This document shows positions 43,398 through 54,889 of a stretch of DNA of 64,000 nucleotides, one piece after another. Each line of letters starts with the position of its first letter. Within the stretch, counting starts at the first letter, position 1. The notes beneath the pieces are model-generated. The model saw only the letters and a program-made list of their open reading frames with translations, was not told the DNA's origin and searched no databases. Source of the DNA: an uncultured Bacteroidales bacterium (GTDB lineage Bacteria; Bacteroidota; Bacteroidia; Bacteroidales; JAGOPY01); contig CAZAZE010000001.1 in NCBI GenBank assembly GCA_964489545.1, positions 417,592-481,591 on the forward strand, given 5' to 3'. The translations under genes and the position numbers were made by a program.

Positions 43398-45323
43398 TTA
43401 AAAACGAATCCTGAACTGTTTCCTGATCCGGTACACCTGCTGCTCATCCCGTGTGACCGCCCCTTTGTCGACCAGCCAGCGCAGCACCTGTATAATCTGG
43501 TTCTCCGGGTAAATTTTTGCTTCAAAGAAAATCTCGGGCAGGGTCATCGGTCGCTGGCCCAGCAGGTCACGGACCATCTGGCTGATCTGGTCGAACTCCA
43601 GTTCATTCAGCTTCATTTTGTTCCGCTCGAGGCATACATCGCAGCGGCCGCAGCGGGGAGCCGTGGATTCCCCGAAATACCGCAGCAGCAGCTGGCTGCG
43701 GCAGGTGTCGTCCGATTTCACGAAGTCGGTGACCGCGTCCAGCCTGATCTGTGCCTGGCGCTTGCGCTCATGGTAGTTTTCCGGGGATATGTGCAGGTTT
43801 GCCTGGTCCAGCCGCTCTGTCGTGAAAATGACCTGGGGCTTTGCCGGCCGGGGAGAATAGCTCAGGATCCCGGCCCGCTGCAGTTGCTCCAGCAAGGCCA
43901 CGACCTGAGCCTCCTTCAGGCCTGCACGCTTGGACAGTTCCGCCTCGTTCAGCGGCACGAATTCAGTAAATACTCCGGAGTAGGAACGCAGCAGCAGTTT
44001 GATGAAGGCGTCATGCGACTGGTGTTCGACCTGATATCGGTACAGGTCTTCCCGGCCGGCTTCGAAATGGATCCTGGACGGCGATTCCATGCCCTCGTTC
44101 ATCATCAGGTAGCCTTCCCGCTCCAGGAAACGCAGGGCGTTGTAAGCCAATACCGGGTTGAATCCGAAATTGCGGGCAAATGCATGGAGGTCGAAATCGA
44201 AGCGCTCATCCTTGCCGCTGCCCACCGGCAACTGGAAATGGTTGCCCAGGGCCTGGTACACCGCCCTGATCCGTTCCACCGGCGGAAACTCCAGCTCCAG
44301 GTTTTGTTTCAGACGGAGCAGGTCCGATTCATGGAACAGCATTGCGGCATACGACCGTTTTTCATCGCGCCCTCCGCGGCCCGCTTCCTGGAAGTAAGCT
44401 TCCAGGCTGTCGGGCAGGTCAAGGTGCACCACGAGCCTTACGTTAGGCTTGTCGATGCCCATGCCGAACGCATTGGTCGCCACCATGATGCGGCTTTCCT
44501 CTCTGAGCCAGGCCTCCTGCTTCCGGCTGCGTGCATGTACATCGACCCCGGCATGGTAAAAATCCGACCGGATACCGTTCTTATTGAGGAATAATGCAGT
44601 TTCCACGGTTTTCTTCCGGTTCCTGACGTAAATGATACCGGGGCCCGGCACTTTTTTCAGGATGCGGAGCAGACGCCCGAGTTTATCCTCTTCCCTGACC
44701 AGGACATAGGTCAGGTTCTTCCGTTCAAAACTCTTCTGGAAAACGTTTTCGGCTTTGAATTCCAGTTTCTTCTGGATATCTTTAACCACTTCAGGCGTAG
44801 CCGTGGCGGTCAAAGCCAGGACCGGCACTTTGGGCAGATGCTGCCTGATTTCTGCGATCTGAAGATACGGCGGGCGAAAGTCATAACCCCACTGGGAGAT
44901 GCAGTGCGCCTCATCCACGGCCAGCAGGCAGACCTTAAGCCTTTGGAGCACCAGCCGGAACTGTTCCGTTTGCAGGCGCTCCGGGGATAGATACAGGAAC
45001 TTGTAATCGCCGAACATGCAGTTGTCGAACGCGACCTGGATCTCCTGCCGGTGCATTCCCGAATAAACGGCCACCGCCTTGATCCCTTTTCGTTTCAGGT
45101 TCTCTACCTGGTCCTTCATCAGGGCGATCAGGGGGGTGATCACCAGGCAAATCCCCTGCATGGCCAGGGCCGGCACCTGGAAGCAAACCGATTTCCCGCC
45201 GCCGGTAGGAAGCAGGGCCAGCGTATCCCTGCCCTGAAGGACGGACTGGATGATCTCCTCCTGCATGGGCCGGAAGGAAGCATGCCCCCAGTACCTGATC
45301 AATATATTCCGGATGTTCTCCAT
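43398..45323 (-). CDS. recQ: RecQ-family ATP-dependent DNA helicase
   Basis: Motifs present are FRPMQEEII, LLPTGGGKSVCFQVPA, PLIALMKDQV, DEAHCISQWGYDFRP, ATNAFGMGIDKP and the zinc-finger CGRCDVC. Confidence 0.9.
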   Translation of the reverse strand: MENIRNILIRYWGHASFRPMQEEIIQSVLQGRDTLALLPTGGGKSVCFQVPALAMQGICLVITPLIALMKDQVENLKRKGIKAVAVYSGMHRQEIQVAFDNCMFGDYKFLYLSPERLQTEQFRLVLQRLKVCLLAVDEAHCISQWGYDFRPPYLQIAEIRQHLPKVPVLALTATATPEVVKDIQKKLEFKAENVFQKSFERKNLTYVLVREEDKLGRLLRILKKVPGPGIIYVRNRKKTVETALFLNKNGIRSDFYHAGVDVHARSRKQEAWLREESRIMVATNAFGMGIDKPNVRLVVHLDLPDSLEAYFQEAGRGGRDEKRSYAAMLFHESDLLRLKQNLELEFPPVERIRAVYQALGNHFQLPVGSGKDERFDFDLHAFARNFGFNPVLAYNALRFLEREGYLMMNEGMESPSRIHFEAGREDLYRYQVEHQSHDAFIKLLLRSYSGVFTEFVPLNEAELSKRAGLKEAQVVALLEQLQRAGILSYSPRPAKPQVIFTTERLDQANLHISPENYHERKRQAQIRLDAVTDFVKSDDTCRSQLLLRYFGESTAPRCGRCDVCLERNKMKLNELEFDQISQMVRDLLGQRPMTLPEIFFEAKIYPENQIIQVLRWLVDKGAVTRDEQQVYRIRKQFRIRF

Positions 45324-45439
45324 AAACCGTCAATACCACGAAAATAAGCAAATTCAGGGCGAAAAAAAAACATTCAAATAATTGACATTTCGAAACGTTT
45401 GTATTTATATTTACCCGATGAATCAATAATGACCAAACC

Positions 45440-46792
45440 ATGGAACTGACGCCTTCAAATGCAATTTCCCCGATCGATGGCAGGTACCGCAAGCAGACAG
45501 AGGCGCTCGCATACTTCTTTTCTGAAGCGGCTTACATCAATTACAGGGTGTTCGTCGAAATAGAGTATTTCATCGCATTGTGCGAAATACCCTTACCTGA
45601 GCTCAGCGACTTCGATAAAAACCTGTTCGAAGACCTCAGGGCCATCAGCCGGAATTTTACGTTTTCAGACGCGGACGACGTCAAGGAGATCGAAAAGACC
45701 ACCAACCACGACGTCAAGGCGGTGGAATATTATGTCAAGAAGAAATTCGACAAGCTGGGTCTGAAAAAATACCGGGAGTTCGTTCATTTCGGCCTGACCA
45801 GCCAGGATATCAACAATACATCCATCCCTTACGCCACCAAACTGGCCTGCAACGATGTGCTGCTGCCCATGATCCATGAGCTGACCGACATCCTGATGAA
45901 GAAGGCCAGGGAGTGGAAAGAAGTGCCCATGCTGGCCCGAACGCACGGCCAGCCCGCCTCCCCCACCCGTCTGGGTAAAGAGATCCTGGTGTTCGTGGAG
46001 CGGCTGAACAACCAGCTGGCCCTGCTGAAAACCGTTCCATTCAGCGCAAAATTCGGAGGGGCTACCGGCAATTTCAATGCGCACCACGCAGCCTATCCGC
46101 AAATCGACTGGGCCGCCTTCGCCGACCAGTTCGTCAGCCAGAAGCTCGGCCTGTCCCGGCAGAAAGCCACGACCCAGATCGAGCACTATGACAACCTGGC
46201 TGCGTTCTTCGACAACCTGAAACGGATCAACACCATCCTGATCGATCTTTCCCGGGATATGTGGACTTATATCTCGATGGACTATTTCAAGCAGAAGGTA
46301 AAAGCCAAGGAGGTCGGTTCCTCGGCCATGCCGCATAAAGTCAACCCGATCGATTTCGAGAATGCCGAAGGCAACCTGGGCATTGCCAATGCCATTTTCG
46401 GGCATCTTTCGGAGAAGCTTCCCATTTCCCGCCTGCAGCGCGACCTCACCGATTCCACTGTGGTCCGGAACATCGGCGTACCCATGGGCCATATGCTCAT
46501 CGCCATAAAATCGCTGCTCAAGGGCTTTGACAAAGTGATCCTCCACGAGGAAAAGATCCGGGCCGACCTGCAGCAGAACTGGGCGGTCATTTCAGAAGCG
46601 ATGCAAACCATACTCCGAAGAGAGAATTACCCGAATCCATACGAGGCTTTGAAAGATCTCACGCGGGGCAGCAAGGCGATCGATCAGAAAATACTGCATG
46701 AGTTCATCGACAAACTCAAAGTATCCGCAGACGTGAAAGCCGAACTCCGGAGCCTCACGCCGGAAAACTACACCGGGATCGTAATCATCTGA
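45440..46792 (+). CDS. purB: Adenylosuccinate lyase
   Basis: SPIDGRYR is at the N-terminus, and the fumarate-lyase signature is GSSAMPHKVNPIDFEN. Confidence 0.9.
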   Translation: MELTPSNAISPIDGRYRKQTEALAYFFSEAAYINYRVFVEIEYFIALCEIPLPELSDFDKNLFEDLRAISRNFTFSDADDVKEIEKTTNHDVKAVEYYVKKKFDKLGLKKYREFVHFGLTSQDINNTSIPYATKLACNDVLLPMIHELTDILMKKAREWKEVPMLARTHGQPASPTRLGKEILVFVERLNNQLALLKTVPFSAKFGGATGNFNAHHAAYPQIDWAAFADQFVSQKLGLSRQKATTQIEHYDNLAAFFDNLKRINTILIDLSRDMWTYISMDYFKQKVKAKEVGSSAMPHKVNPIDFENAEGNLGIANAIFGHLSEKLPISRLQRDLTDSTVVRNIGVPMGHMLIAIKSLLKGFDKVILHEEKIRADLQQNWAVISEAMQTILRRENYPNPYEALKDLTRGSKAIDQKILHEFIDKLKVSADVKAELRSLTPENYTGIVII

Positions 46793-46810
46793 CATAGTGG
46801 GAGCTGCCTC

Positions 46811-48631
46811 ATGAAGAAATTCCTAAGGATACTGGCTTATATCAAGCCCTACTGGGTCTATGCGCTTCTGAACCTGGTGTCCAACCTCATGGTGATCCTG
46901 TTTTCCCTGGTTTCTTTCGTCATGATGGTGCCCTTCCTCAACCTGCTTTTCGGAAGAGAGGAACTGGTGCAAACCCGGCCGGAATTCAGCCTGAGCTCCG
47001 AAGCCGTCATGGAGTTCCTCAATTACCACATCAGCCACCTGATCATGAGCGAGGGCAAGATCAATGCCCTGGTCTTCATTTGCGTCTTTTTATTCATCAG
47101 TTTCTTCTTCCGCAACCTGTTCCGTTTCCTGGCCATGTTCTTCCTGGTCAAAGTGAGGGTTCATGCCGTAAGGGATATCCGCGATGAGCTCTACCACAAG
47201 CTGCTCATCCTTCCGCTTTCATTTTACAACCAGCGCAAAAAAGGCGATATCCTCTCCCGGATCACCAACGACGTCCAGGAGGTTGAATTTTCGATCATGC
47301 ACTACCTGGAGATCATTTTCCGCGACCCGGTCACCATCATTGCCTACTACGTGACCATGTTCATTATGAGCCCGGAACTGACGATCTTTGTGACCATCCT
47401 CCTTCCGGTCACCGGCTATGTCATCGGCATCATCGGCCGGAAGCTCAGGAAAACTTCGAAGGTCGGCCAGGCGCGCTTCGCGGGGCTGCTGGCCGTCATC
47501 GAGGAATCGATCAGCGGGCTGAGGATCATCAAGGCATTCACGGCCATCAGTTTTTCCGACGAACGGTTCCGGGAGTTGAACCGCAGCTACTCAAAACTGA
47601 TGGTCCGGATCTTCCGGACGCGCGACCTTTCCTCACCGCTGAGCGAATTCATGTCGTCGGTGGTTATTATCATCGTGCTCTGGTTCGGCGGAAGGCTGGT
47701 CCTGGGCGACTCGGCCACCATATCGGCCGCCGTCTTCATCACCTATATCGTCATTTTCTCCCAGGTTATCCCTCCGGCAAAGTCCTTTACGACAGGATAT
47801 TACAGTATCCAGAAAGGGATTGCGTCCGCCGAAAGGATCTTCGAGATCCTCGACGCGGAAGAGGTCATCGTGGAGCGCCCGGACGCGATCCGTATCCGCT
47901 CATTCGAAAAGAATATCGAGTACCGGGATATTTCCTTCCGGTACACTTCAGAAGAGGTGCTGCAGCATGTCGACCTGGTCATTCCCAAAGGAAAGATCAT
48001 TGCAGTGGTCGGGCCGTCCGGAAGCGGGAAAACCACACTGGTCGACCTGCTGCCCCGCTTTTATGATCCCACCGGGGGCGCCATCCTTATCGACGGGCAT
48101 GATATCCGCGACCTGCGCATCGACGACCTCCGCTCGCTGACCGGTATTGTCACCCAGGAATCCATATTGTTCAACGATACCGTTTACAACAACATTGTCT
48201 TCGGGAAGGAAGGCGTAAGCCGGGAGCAGGTCCTCGAGGCGGCGCGGATCGCCAACGCCCACGACTTCATCATGGCCATGGAAGAAGGCTACGAATCCAA
48301 TATCGGCGACCGGGGCACCAAGCTGAGCGGCGGCCAGAGGCAGCGCATCAGCATTGCCCGCGCCATCCTGCGGAATCCCCCCTTGCTGATCCTCGACGAA
48401 GCCACCTCCTCCCTCGACTCAGAGTCGGAAAAACTGGTGCAGGACGCCTTGTTTAAAGTCATGCGGGACCGCACTTCGATTGTCATCGCCCACCGTTTAT
48501 CCACCATAAAATCCGCCGACCAGATCCTGGTCATGGAAAAGGGAAGGATCGTGGAACAGGGAAAGCACGAAGAACTCATGAACCTGGGCGGCCTGTACAA
48601 AAGGCTGCACGACCTGCAGACTTTTGCCTGA
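46811..48631 (+). CDS. ABC transporter permease/ATP-binding fusion (MsbA-like exporter)
   Basis: A six-TM N-terminal domain is followed by Walker A GPSGSGKTT, the signature LSGGQRQRISIARA and Walker B LLILDEATS. Confidence 0.85.
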   Translation: MKKFLRILAYIKPYWVYALLNLVSNLMVILFSLVSFVMMVPFLNLLFGREELVQTRPEFSLSSEAVMEFLNYHISHLIMSEGKINALVFICVFLFISFFFRNLFRFLAMFFLVKVRVHAVRDIRDELYHKLLILPLSFYNQRKKGDILSRITNDVQEVEFSIMHYLEIIFRDPVTIIAYYVTMFIMSPELTIFVTILLPVTGYVIGIIGRKLRKTSKVGQARFAGLLAVIEESISGLRIIKAFTAISFSDERFRELNRSYSKLMVRIFRTRDLSSPLSEFMSSVVIIIVLWFGGRLVLGDSATISAAVFITYIVIFSQVIPPAKSFTTGYYSIQKGIASAERIFEILDAEEVIVERPDAIRIRSFEKNIEYRDISFRYTSEEVLQHVDLVIPKGKIIAVVGPSGSGKTTLVDLLPRFYDPTGGAILIDGHDIRDLRIDDLRSLTGIVTQESILFNDTVYNNIVFGKEGVSREQVLEAARIANAHDFIMAMEEGYESNIGDRGTKLSGGQRQRISIARAILRNPPLLILDEATSSLDSESEKLVQDALFKVMRDRTSIVIAHRLSTIKSADQILVMEKGRIVEQGKHEELMNLGGLYKRLHDLQTFA

Positions 48632-48684
48632 AAAGATGACCGGCTCCGGAAGATTTAATTATTTTTGCCAAAAAAAAAATAAGC

Positions 48685-49137
48685 ATGGATCTCAGTAAAA
48701 TATTGGCCATTTCTGGAAAACCGGGTCTGTTTCATTTATTATCCCAGACCAAAACCGGTTTTATCGTGGAATCGCTTGCCGACGGCAGGCGGATGCCGGT
48801 TTTTGCCCATGAACGGGTCAGTTCGCTGGAGGAAATCTCCATTTTCTCTACAAAAGATGAAGATCTGCCCCTGAAAGAGGTATTCCGCAAAATGTTTGAA
48901 CACACCGGCGGAAAGCCCGGACCGGACAATAATGCCACGTCTGCCGAGCTCAGGTCCTTTTTCGAAGCAGTGGTTCCGGATTACGACCCGGAAAGAGTGT
49001 ATGCGTCGGATATGAAGAAGGCCATCAGCTGGTACAACCTGCTCGCCGAGAAAGGGCTCCTGGATTTCACCGAAGAGCCGGAAGAAAGCCGGGAAAACCC
49101 GGAAACGGAAGAAACACCATCCGCTGAGAAGGAATGA
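48685..49137 (+). CDS. Conserved Bacteroidetes hypothetical protein (DUF5606-like, from memory)
   Basis: MDLSKILAISGKPGLFHLLSQTKTGFIVESL...SSLEEISIF is a pattern I recall from a conserved Bacteroidetes family. It overlaps pyrK by 4 nt. Confidence 0.5.
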   Translation: MDLSKILAISGKPGLFHLLSQTKTGFIVESLADGRRMPVFAHERVSSLEEISIFSTKDEDLPLKEVFRKMFEHTGGKPGPDNNATSAELRSFFEAVVPDYDPERVYASDMKKAISWYNLLAEKGLLDFTEEPEESRENPETEETPSAEKE

Positions 49138-49901
49138 AACGCGTTGAGGATTTCACCGTTCTGAAAGTCAGATGGCTGAATTACAGCTCATTCATCATCG
49201 AATTACAAGCGCCTGATGGCTTGCCGGATATCCGGGCCGGTCATTTCGCGGAATTGCAGGTCAGTAACTCCCCCATAGTATTCCTGCGCCGGCCGTTTTC
49301 CTTTCTGGACGCCGACGCGCAATCCGGAAAAGTAAGTTTTTTCATCAAGGTGATCGGGGAAGGCACCCGGTTGCTCGGGAGCAGCCGCGTGGGGGATAAG
49401 ATCAGCATCATTTACCCGTTGGGCAACTCTTTCCGGGTTCCTCAATCCGGACCGGTCCTCATCGTTGGCGGCGGATCGGGCATCGCCCCGTTCATCCTGC
49501 TGGGCCGGGCCCTGCATGAAAAAGGCATTCCGGTCACGTTCCTCTTTGGAGGCAGGACCGCAGAGGATATCGTTCTCCGGGAAGAATTCGGAAGGTACGG
49601 ACCCGTGCTGATGACCACAGAAGACGGCTCGGCCGGCGAAAAGGGACTGGTCACACAGCATTCGGTGTTCAGCGGGGATCCTTTTCCCTTCACTCATCTT
49701 GCGGTCTGCGGCCCGGACCCCATGATGAAAGCGGTGGCAGCCATTGCCCGGCAAAAAAATGTATCCTGCGAGGTATCCCTGGAGAACACCATGGCCTGCG
49801 GATTTGGCGCATGCCTGTGCTGCATTACCGAAACCGTGAACGGTAACAAATGCGTGTGCACGGAAGGCCCTGTATTCAACATCAACGATCTGAAATGGTA
49901 G
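49134..49901 (+). CDS. pyrK: Dihydroorotate dehydrogenase electron-transfer subunit
   Basis: It has an FAD/NAD-binding fold ([13 protein letters not shown]) and the C-terminal 2Fe-2S cluster motif CGFGACLCC...C. Confidence 0.85.
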   Translation: MKRVEDFTVLKVRWLNYSSFIIELQAPDGLPDIRAGHFAELQVSNSPIVFLRRPFSFLDADAQSGKVSFFIKVIGEGTRLLGSSRVGDKISIIYPLGNSFRVPQSGPVLIVGGGSGIAPFILLGRALHEKGIPVTFLFGGRTAEDIVLREEFGRYGPVLMTTEDGSAGEKGLVTQHSVFSGDPFPFTHLAVCGPDPMMKAVAAIARQKNVSCEVSLENTMACGFGACLCCITETVNGNKCVCTEGPVFNINDLKW

Positions 49902-50809
49902 ACCTGGGCGTCAATATTCATGAACTGCACCTGAAGAATCCGGTGACCACCGCCTCGGGCACCTACGGCTATGGTGAGGAATTTCTCGATTTCATGGATG
50001 TCAACCGGCTTTCTGCCATTTTTGTCAAAGGGATCACCCTGGAAAACCGGGAAGGCAATCCTTACCCGCGCATGGCGGAGACAGCCTCCGGAATGCTCAA
50101 CTCCGTGGGGCTTCAGAATAAAGGCGTCGATTACTTCATTGAACAGATCTACCCGCGCATCCGCAATTTCGATACGCACATTATTCCAAATGTCAACGGC
50201 AGCACGATCGAGGACTATGTCACGGTAACAGAAAAGCTGGAGCAGCTCAAAGATATTCAGGCGATCGAACTGAATATTTCCTGCCCCAATGTCAAGGCCG
50301 GTGGTATGGCTTTCGGCATCCACCGGAAATCGGCGCGGGATGCCACGCGTGCGGTTCGGAACGTCTGCAGCAAGACGCTGATCGTCAAGTTATCGCCCAA
50401 TGTCACCAGTATATCCGACATGGCCCGGGTGGTTGAAGATGAAGGGGCTGACGCCGTTTCCCTGGTCAACACCTTCCTGGGCATGGCCATCAACGCCGAA
50501 ACACGCCGTCCCATCCTGGGCACGGTTACCGGCGGCTTGTCCGGGCCCGCCATCAAACCCATTGCCCTGCGCATGGTCTGGGATGTCTACAAAGCCGTAA
50601 AAGTGCCGGTCATCGGCATGGGCGGCATCATGAATGCGGCAGATGCCATTGAGTTTATCCTGGCAGGCTCCACCGCTGTGCAGATAGGAACGGCGAATTT
50701 CATCGACCCCGCCGTATCCGTTAAGGTTCTTGACGGGATCGAAGAATATCTGCAGCGCCACAACATCTCTTCGGTGAAGGAACTGATCGGCGCCCTGAAA
50801 GTCGGGTAA
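49895..50809 (+). CDS. pyrD: Dihydroorotate dehydrogenase B catalytic subunit
   Basis: From ATG 49895 the sequence reads [27 protein letters not shown], followed by [10 protein letters not shown] and [14 protein letters not shown]. It overlaps the pyrK stop by 7 nt. Confidence 0.9.
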   Translation: MVDLGVNIHELHLKNPVTTASGTYGYGEEFLDFMDVNRLSAIFVKGITLENREGNPYPRMAETASGMLNSVGLQNKGVDYFIEQIYPRIRNFDTHIIPNVNGSTIEDYVTVTEKLEQLKDIQAIELNISCPNVKAGGMAFGIHRKSARDATRAVRNVCSKTLIVKLSPNVTSISDMARVVEDEGADAVSLVNTFLGMAINAETRRPILGTVTGGLSGPAIKPIALRMVWDVYKAVKVPVIGMGGIMNAADAIEFILAGSTAVQIGTANFIDPAVSVKVLDGIEEYLQRHNISSVKELIGALKVG

Positions 50810-50818
50810 AAATCCCTG

Positions 50819-51169
50819 CTACATGTTTTTCACCAGCATCGCCGCCTCGGTAGCCATGCGCTGGTTATATTCCATAGCCAGATCCTGGTAATTGATCAGG
50901 TCGATGATCGTTCCGATAAAACACAAGCCGGCGGTAAAAAGATACAATATGCCCATGCCGATCTGACCGATCAGGAAGCGTTGTATACCGGCGAAGCCCA
51001 CGAAGCCCAGGAGGGCGGTGAGCAGGATCAGTTGCGGGTCCCTGCGCCGGGCCCGGTAGATGTTGGCAAAGTTCATCATCTGGTCGTCCGTGTAGTCCTT
51101 GGTGAGGCCCTGGACGAACATCAGTTCGCGGCCCTGCAATTCGGGTAAAAACTGGTAGAAATTTGACAT
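50819..51169 (-). CDS. TM2 domain-containing membrane protein
   Basis: LLGFVGFAGIQRFLIGQIGMGILYLFTAGLCFIGTIIDL matches the TM2 two-helix pattern. Confidence 0.7.
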   Translation of the reverse strand: MSNFYQFLPELQGRELMFVQGLTKDYTDDQMMNFANIYRARRRDPQLILLTALLGFVGFAGIQRFLIGQIGMGILYLFTAGLCFIGTIIDLINYQDLAMEYNQRMATEAAMLVKNM

Positions 51170-51184
51170 AATATTTTGGTTTTT

Positions 51185-51499
51185 TTAGGTTGGTAATACT
51201 GTGAACTCTTTCCTGGAAAACACTTTTATGATCCGCCACAGAAGCAGGATGAGCGCCGGGATTCCCAGCGGATGCGCCGCAACTGAAGATTCCACGTCCA
51301 GGCGGAACAGGAACCCGATCGACCGGCCGAGGCCACAGCCCGGGCAGAACGGGAAACCCAGGTTATCCAGCGGGCACAGGGTGTAATGATGCACGCCCGG
51401 GTTATCCAGGGCAAGCCAGATCAGCGCAGCCAGCCAGATAAACCCTTCTTTTCGATGCCAGGTTCGGGAAAAGAAATATCTCAGGGTGCTTTTATCCAT
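51185..51499 (-). CDS. DUF2752-like membrane protein
   Basis: The CPLDNLGFPFCPGCGLGRS Cys motif plus flanking TM helices are typical of DUF2752. It sits next to the TM2 gene. Confidence 0.6.
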   Translation of the reverse strand: MDKSTLRYFFSRTWHRKEGFIWLAALIWLALDNPGVHHYTLCPLDNLGFPFCPGCGLGRSIGFLFRLDVESSVAAHPLGIPALILLLWRIIKVFSRKEFTVLPT

Positions 51500-51520
51500 T
51501 TACCCAAAAATAGGCTAAAA

Positions 51521-52564
51521 TCAGATAACATTTACCTCGCGCTCCAGTTCGACGCCAAATTTTTGCATGACCGATTTCCGGATATCCTCTGATAATGACA
51601 TGATTTCCAGACCGGTGGCATGGCCATGATTGACCAGAACCAAAGCCTGGTCTTTGTGTACCCCGGCATCGCCTTTTCGGTGGCCTCTCCAGCCGCACTG
51701 CTCAATCAGCCAGCCGGCGGCCAGCTTTATCGGTCGCCCGGCATCCACAGAAGCAGAGGCCAAAGCGGGAGCATTAAAGTATACGATCGCCGGAAACCGC
51801 TCTTTGAGTTGATCCAGCTTCTCACGCGAAACAACCGGGTTCTTGAAAAAGCTCCCGGCATTGCCGAGGGTTTTCGGATCGGGCAGTTTGGAGGCCCGGA
51901 TCGCCAGAACCGCCTCCCGGACCTTCATCACGGAAAGTCCGTTGTCGGGCAAAGCAGAAAGGTGTTGCCGCAACGCCTGGTAAGAAAGATTGAATTCCGG
52001 TTTCTTGCGGAGTTCCAGAACAACGTGCGTGATGACCATCCTTCCTTTCAGGGCGCGTTTGAATATGCTGTCGCGGTATCCGAACCGGCATTGTTCCCGG
52101 TCGTACCGGGTTAATTCCCCGTTACAGGTATTGATGGCCTCAAGGCTGATAAAATGATCTTTAAGCTCCGTCCCGTAGGCGCCGATATTCTGGATGGGGC
52201 TGCTGCCTGTCTGCCCGGGTATGCCCGAAAGATTCTCCAGGCCGCCCCAGCCCTTCCCGGCGCAATATCCTGCCAGGCCGTCCCAGTCCTCCCCGGCAGC
52301 CACCCTGATCCGAACGATGTCATCGTCTTCAGCAATGATTTCCAGCCCTTTCATTCCGATTTTAACCACCATACCCTTGAAGTCACCCAGAAACAATATA
52401 TTGCTGCCTCCGCCCAGGAACAGTAATTTTCGTGACTGCACCGAGCCGCTGCTCAGTATATCCAGCAGTTCGCCGGTGGTCTGCACTTCCGCAAATGCGT
52501 CAGCAAAGACTTCGATCCCGAAGGTATTGCACTTTTTCAGCGGATAATGCCGGATGATCTCCAT
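51521..52564 (-). CDS. murB: UDP-N-acetylenolpyruvoylglucosamine reductase
   Basis: The FAD-binding motif is LFLGGGSNILF, and the C-terminal MurB domain reads AAGWLIEQCGWRGHRKGDAGVHKDQALVLVN. I prefer ATG 52564. Confidence 0.9.
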   Translation of the reverse strand: MEIIRHYPLKKCNTFGIEVFADAFAEVQTTGELLDILSSGSVQSRKLLFLGGGSNILFLGDFKGMVVKIGMKGLEIIAEDDDIVRIRVAAGEDWDGLAGYCAGKGWGGLENLSGIPGQTGSSPIQNIGAYGTELKDHFISLEAINTCNGELTRYDREQCRFGYRDSIFKRALKGRMVITHVVLELRKKPEFNLSYQALRQHLSALPDNGLSVMKVREAVLAIRASKLPDPKTLGNAGSFFKNPVVSREKLDQLKERFPAIVYFNAPALASASVDAGRPIKLAAGWLIEQCGWRGHRKGDAGVHKDQALVLVNHGHATGLEIMSLSEDIRKSVMQKFGVELEREVNVI

Positions 52565-52647
52565 GGTAGCGGTTCTATGAAAGATCAAATTTAATCAAAT
52601 GTTGATGAATTGTGCTAATTTAGCCACCGGAGATAAAGCACTCATCC

Positions 52648-53766
52648 TTGCGTCGAGCTATCGTATCGGTAATCAATGACCTGAACACGGACCAGCGGGT
52701 CGACCGCACCTGCTCCACCTTGCGGGAAATGGGCTTTGACGTCGTTCTGGCAGGCAGAAAGAAAAGGGATTCCGCCCCACTGGCGACCAAACCTTACCGA
52801 ATGCACCGGATGTGCCTGCTTTTCGAAAAAGGGCCGCTGTTTTATGCCGAATTCAACCTGCGCCTGTTCTTCTTTTTGCTGGCGCGCAAAGCAGGCTTGC
52901 TCGTTTCCAACGACCTCGACACGCTTTTGCCCAATTACCTTGTGTCCCGGTTAAAGGGGTTGCCACTGGTCTATGACAGCCACGAACATTTCACGGAGGT
53001 GCCGGAACTCATCCATCGTCCGAAAAAACAACGGATCTGGAAGTATATCGAAGGCCGGATCGTTCCGAAGCTGAAAAAAATGATCACGGTCAATGATTCC
53101 CTGGCGGAGATTTTCCGGAAGCTATACGGCGTGGAGGTCGTGACGGTCCGGAATGTGCCTTATTCCAGGGATTACCGGATCGATCGCAGCCGGGCGGAAC
53201 TCGGCCTGCCGGAAGACCGCCGGATCGTGCTCCTCCAGGGCGCCGGCATCAATATCCAGCGCGGGGCCGAAGAAGCCATCATGGCCATGCGTCTTCTTGA
53301 CGATCACCTGCTCCTCATCATCGGGGGAGGCGATGTCATCGGGTCCCTGAAAGACCTTTCGGCCTCATTGCAACTGGATGAAAAAGTGCGTTTCATTCCC
53401 AGGCTGCCCTATGATGAGCTGTACCGCTATACCGTCCATGCCGATGTGGGATTATCCATCGATAAGGATACGAATATCAATTACCGTTTCAGCCTGCCCA
53501 ACAAGCTGTTCGATTACATCCAGGCGCGGGTCCCCGTCCTGGCCTCGCGGCTTCCGGAGATCAGCAGGATCATCAATTCATACGAAATCGGGATGTTTAT
53601 CGACAACCACGACCCGGAACACATCGCCGGGCGGATCAGGGAAATGACCGGAAACCCTGCACGGATTGCGGAATGGAAAGAAAACCTTAAATTTGCCGCT
53701 TCAGAACTGTGCTGGGAAAATGAAAAAAAGGCATTGATGCAGGTTTATGGTCCCTATGCCCGATAA
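52648..53766 (+). CDS. Glycosyltransferase (GT-B fold, GT4-like)
   Basis: The C-terminal nucleotide-sugar binding pattern is [16 protein letters not shown]. The size and layout fit GT4. The start is a TTG. Confidence 0.65.
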   Translation: MRRAIVSVINDLNTDQRVDRTCSTLREMGFDVVLAGRKKRDSAPLATKPYRMHRMCLLFEKGPLFYAEFNLRLFFFLLARKAGLLVSNDLDTLLPNYLVSRLKGLPLVYDSHEHFTEVPELIHRPKKQRIWKYIEGRIVPKLKKMITVNDSLAEIFRKLYGVEVVTVRNVPYSRDYRIDRSRAELGLPEDRRIVLLQGAGINIQRGAEEAIMAMRLLDDHLLLIIGGGDVIGSLKDLSASLQLDEKVRFIPRLPYDELYRYTVHADVGLSIDKDTNINYRFSLPNKLFDYIQARVPVLASRLPEISRIINSYEIGMFIDNHDPEHIAGRIREMTGNPARIAEWKENLKFAASELCWENEKKALMQVYGPYAR

Positions 53767-54889
53767 GCATCTCCATATTGTCGCCTTTGATATTCCTTAT
53801 CCCCCGAATTACGGGGGCGTCATCGACGTATATTACAAACTGAAAACCCTTCACGAGCTGGGGATTAAAATCCATTTGCATTGCTTCGAATACCCAGGGA
53901 GGGACCGGGCCGCCGAACTGGAAAAATTCTGCCGGGAGGTTCATTATTACCCCAGGAGGACCGGCCTGGTCTCCGCTTTCAGCCATAAACCCTACATCGT
54001 GGTCAGCCGCAAATCGGAACAGCTGATCGACCGGTTGTGCCGTGATGATTATCCGGTTTTATTCGAAGGCCTGCATAGTTGTTTTTATATCGACGATCCC
54101 CGGCTGAAAGACAAAACGAAGGTTTATCGCGAAAGCAATATTGAGCACAGGTATTACTATAATCTCTTCAAGGTTGACGGGAACATCCGAAACAAGGTCT
54201 ACTTTTTGCTGGCCAGTTTCAAACTTCGCCTCTACCAGAAAGTTTTGCGCCACGCCGACCTGATGCTCGCCGTATCACAGCACGATACCCAATATCTTCA
54301 GGAGCACTTTCCGGGAAAACGGATCTTTCATTTGCCCAGTTTCCACGCGAACGATAAGGTTTCCATCCTGCCGGGTAACGGGGATTACGCCCTCTACCAC
54401 GGCAACCTGGAAATATCTGAGAATGAGTATGCCGCCACCTTCCTCATTACCAAAGTGTTCGACGACATCAGCATGCCCCTGATCATCGCCGGGATGAAAC
54501 CCAGGGAAAAATTTCGCCGTCTGGTCGAATCCAGGCCCAACATCATGCTCATCGCCAATCCGGATGATGAGAAGATGTTTGACCTGATCCGGAACGCACA
54601 GGTGAACATCCTGGTGACCTTCCAGGCTACGGGGTTGAAGCTGAAATTGTTAAACACCCTGTACAATGGGCGGTTCTGCCTGGTCAACGACGAAATGATC
54701 AGGGGAACCGCGCTGGATGCATTATGTGAAACGGGCAACTCGCCCGGGGAAATCAAAACCAAGCTGAACAAGCTCAGCGGAAAGGAATTCACACTGGAGG
54801 AAGCCGCCCTGAGGGCCGATCTGTTAAAGGAAAAGTACGACAACCAGGTCAATGGCGGGCGCCTGATCGACCTGGTCTATAATCCGTGA
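53756..54889 (+). CDS. Glycosyltransferase-like protein (GT-B fold)
   Basis: [38 protein letters not shown] is a GT-B N-terminal-like segment. The gene overlaps the upstream GT gene. The start could be 53747 or 53756. Confidence 0.5.
   Translation: MPDKHLHIVAFDIPYPPNYGGVIDVYYKLKTLHELGIKIHLHCFEYPGRDRAAELEKFCREVHYYPRRTGLVSAFSHKPYIVVSRKSEQLIDRLCRDDYPVLFEGLHSCFYIDDPRLKDKTKVYRESNIEHRYYYNLFKVDGNIRNKVYFLLASFKLRLYQKVLRHADLMLAVSQHDTQYLQEHFPGKRIFHLPSFHANDKVSILPGNGDYALYHGNLEISENEYAATFLITKVFDDISMPLIIAGMKPREKFRRLVESRPNIMLIANPDDEKMFDLIRNAQVNILVTFQATGLKLKLLNTLYNGRFCLVNDEMIRGTALDALCETGNSPGEIKTKLNKLSGKEFTLEEAALRADLLKEKYDNQVNGGRLIDLVYNP

Noticed and set aside
43395-44594. 399-aa plus-strand ORF
   Set aside because: It is antisense to the well-supported RecQ gene and has a low-complexity Q/L/R/P-rich translation. 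This is a shadow ORF.
45665-46546. 293-aa minus-strand ORF
   Set aside because: It is antisense to purB, which carries the fumarate-lyase signature. No motifs were seen.
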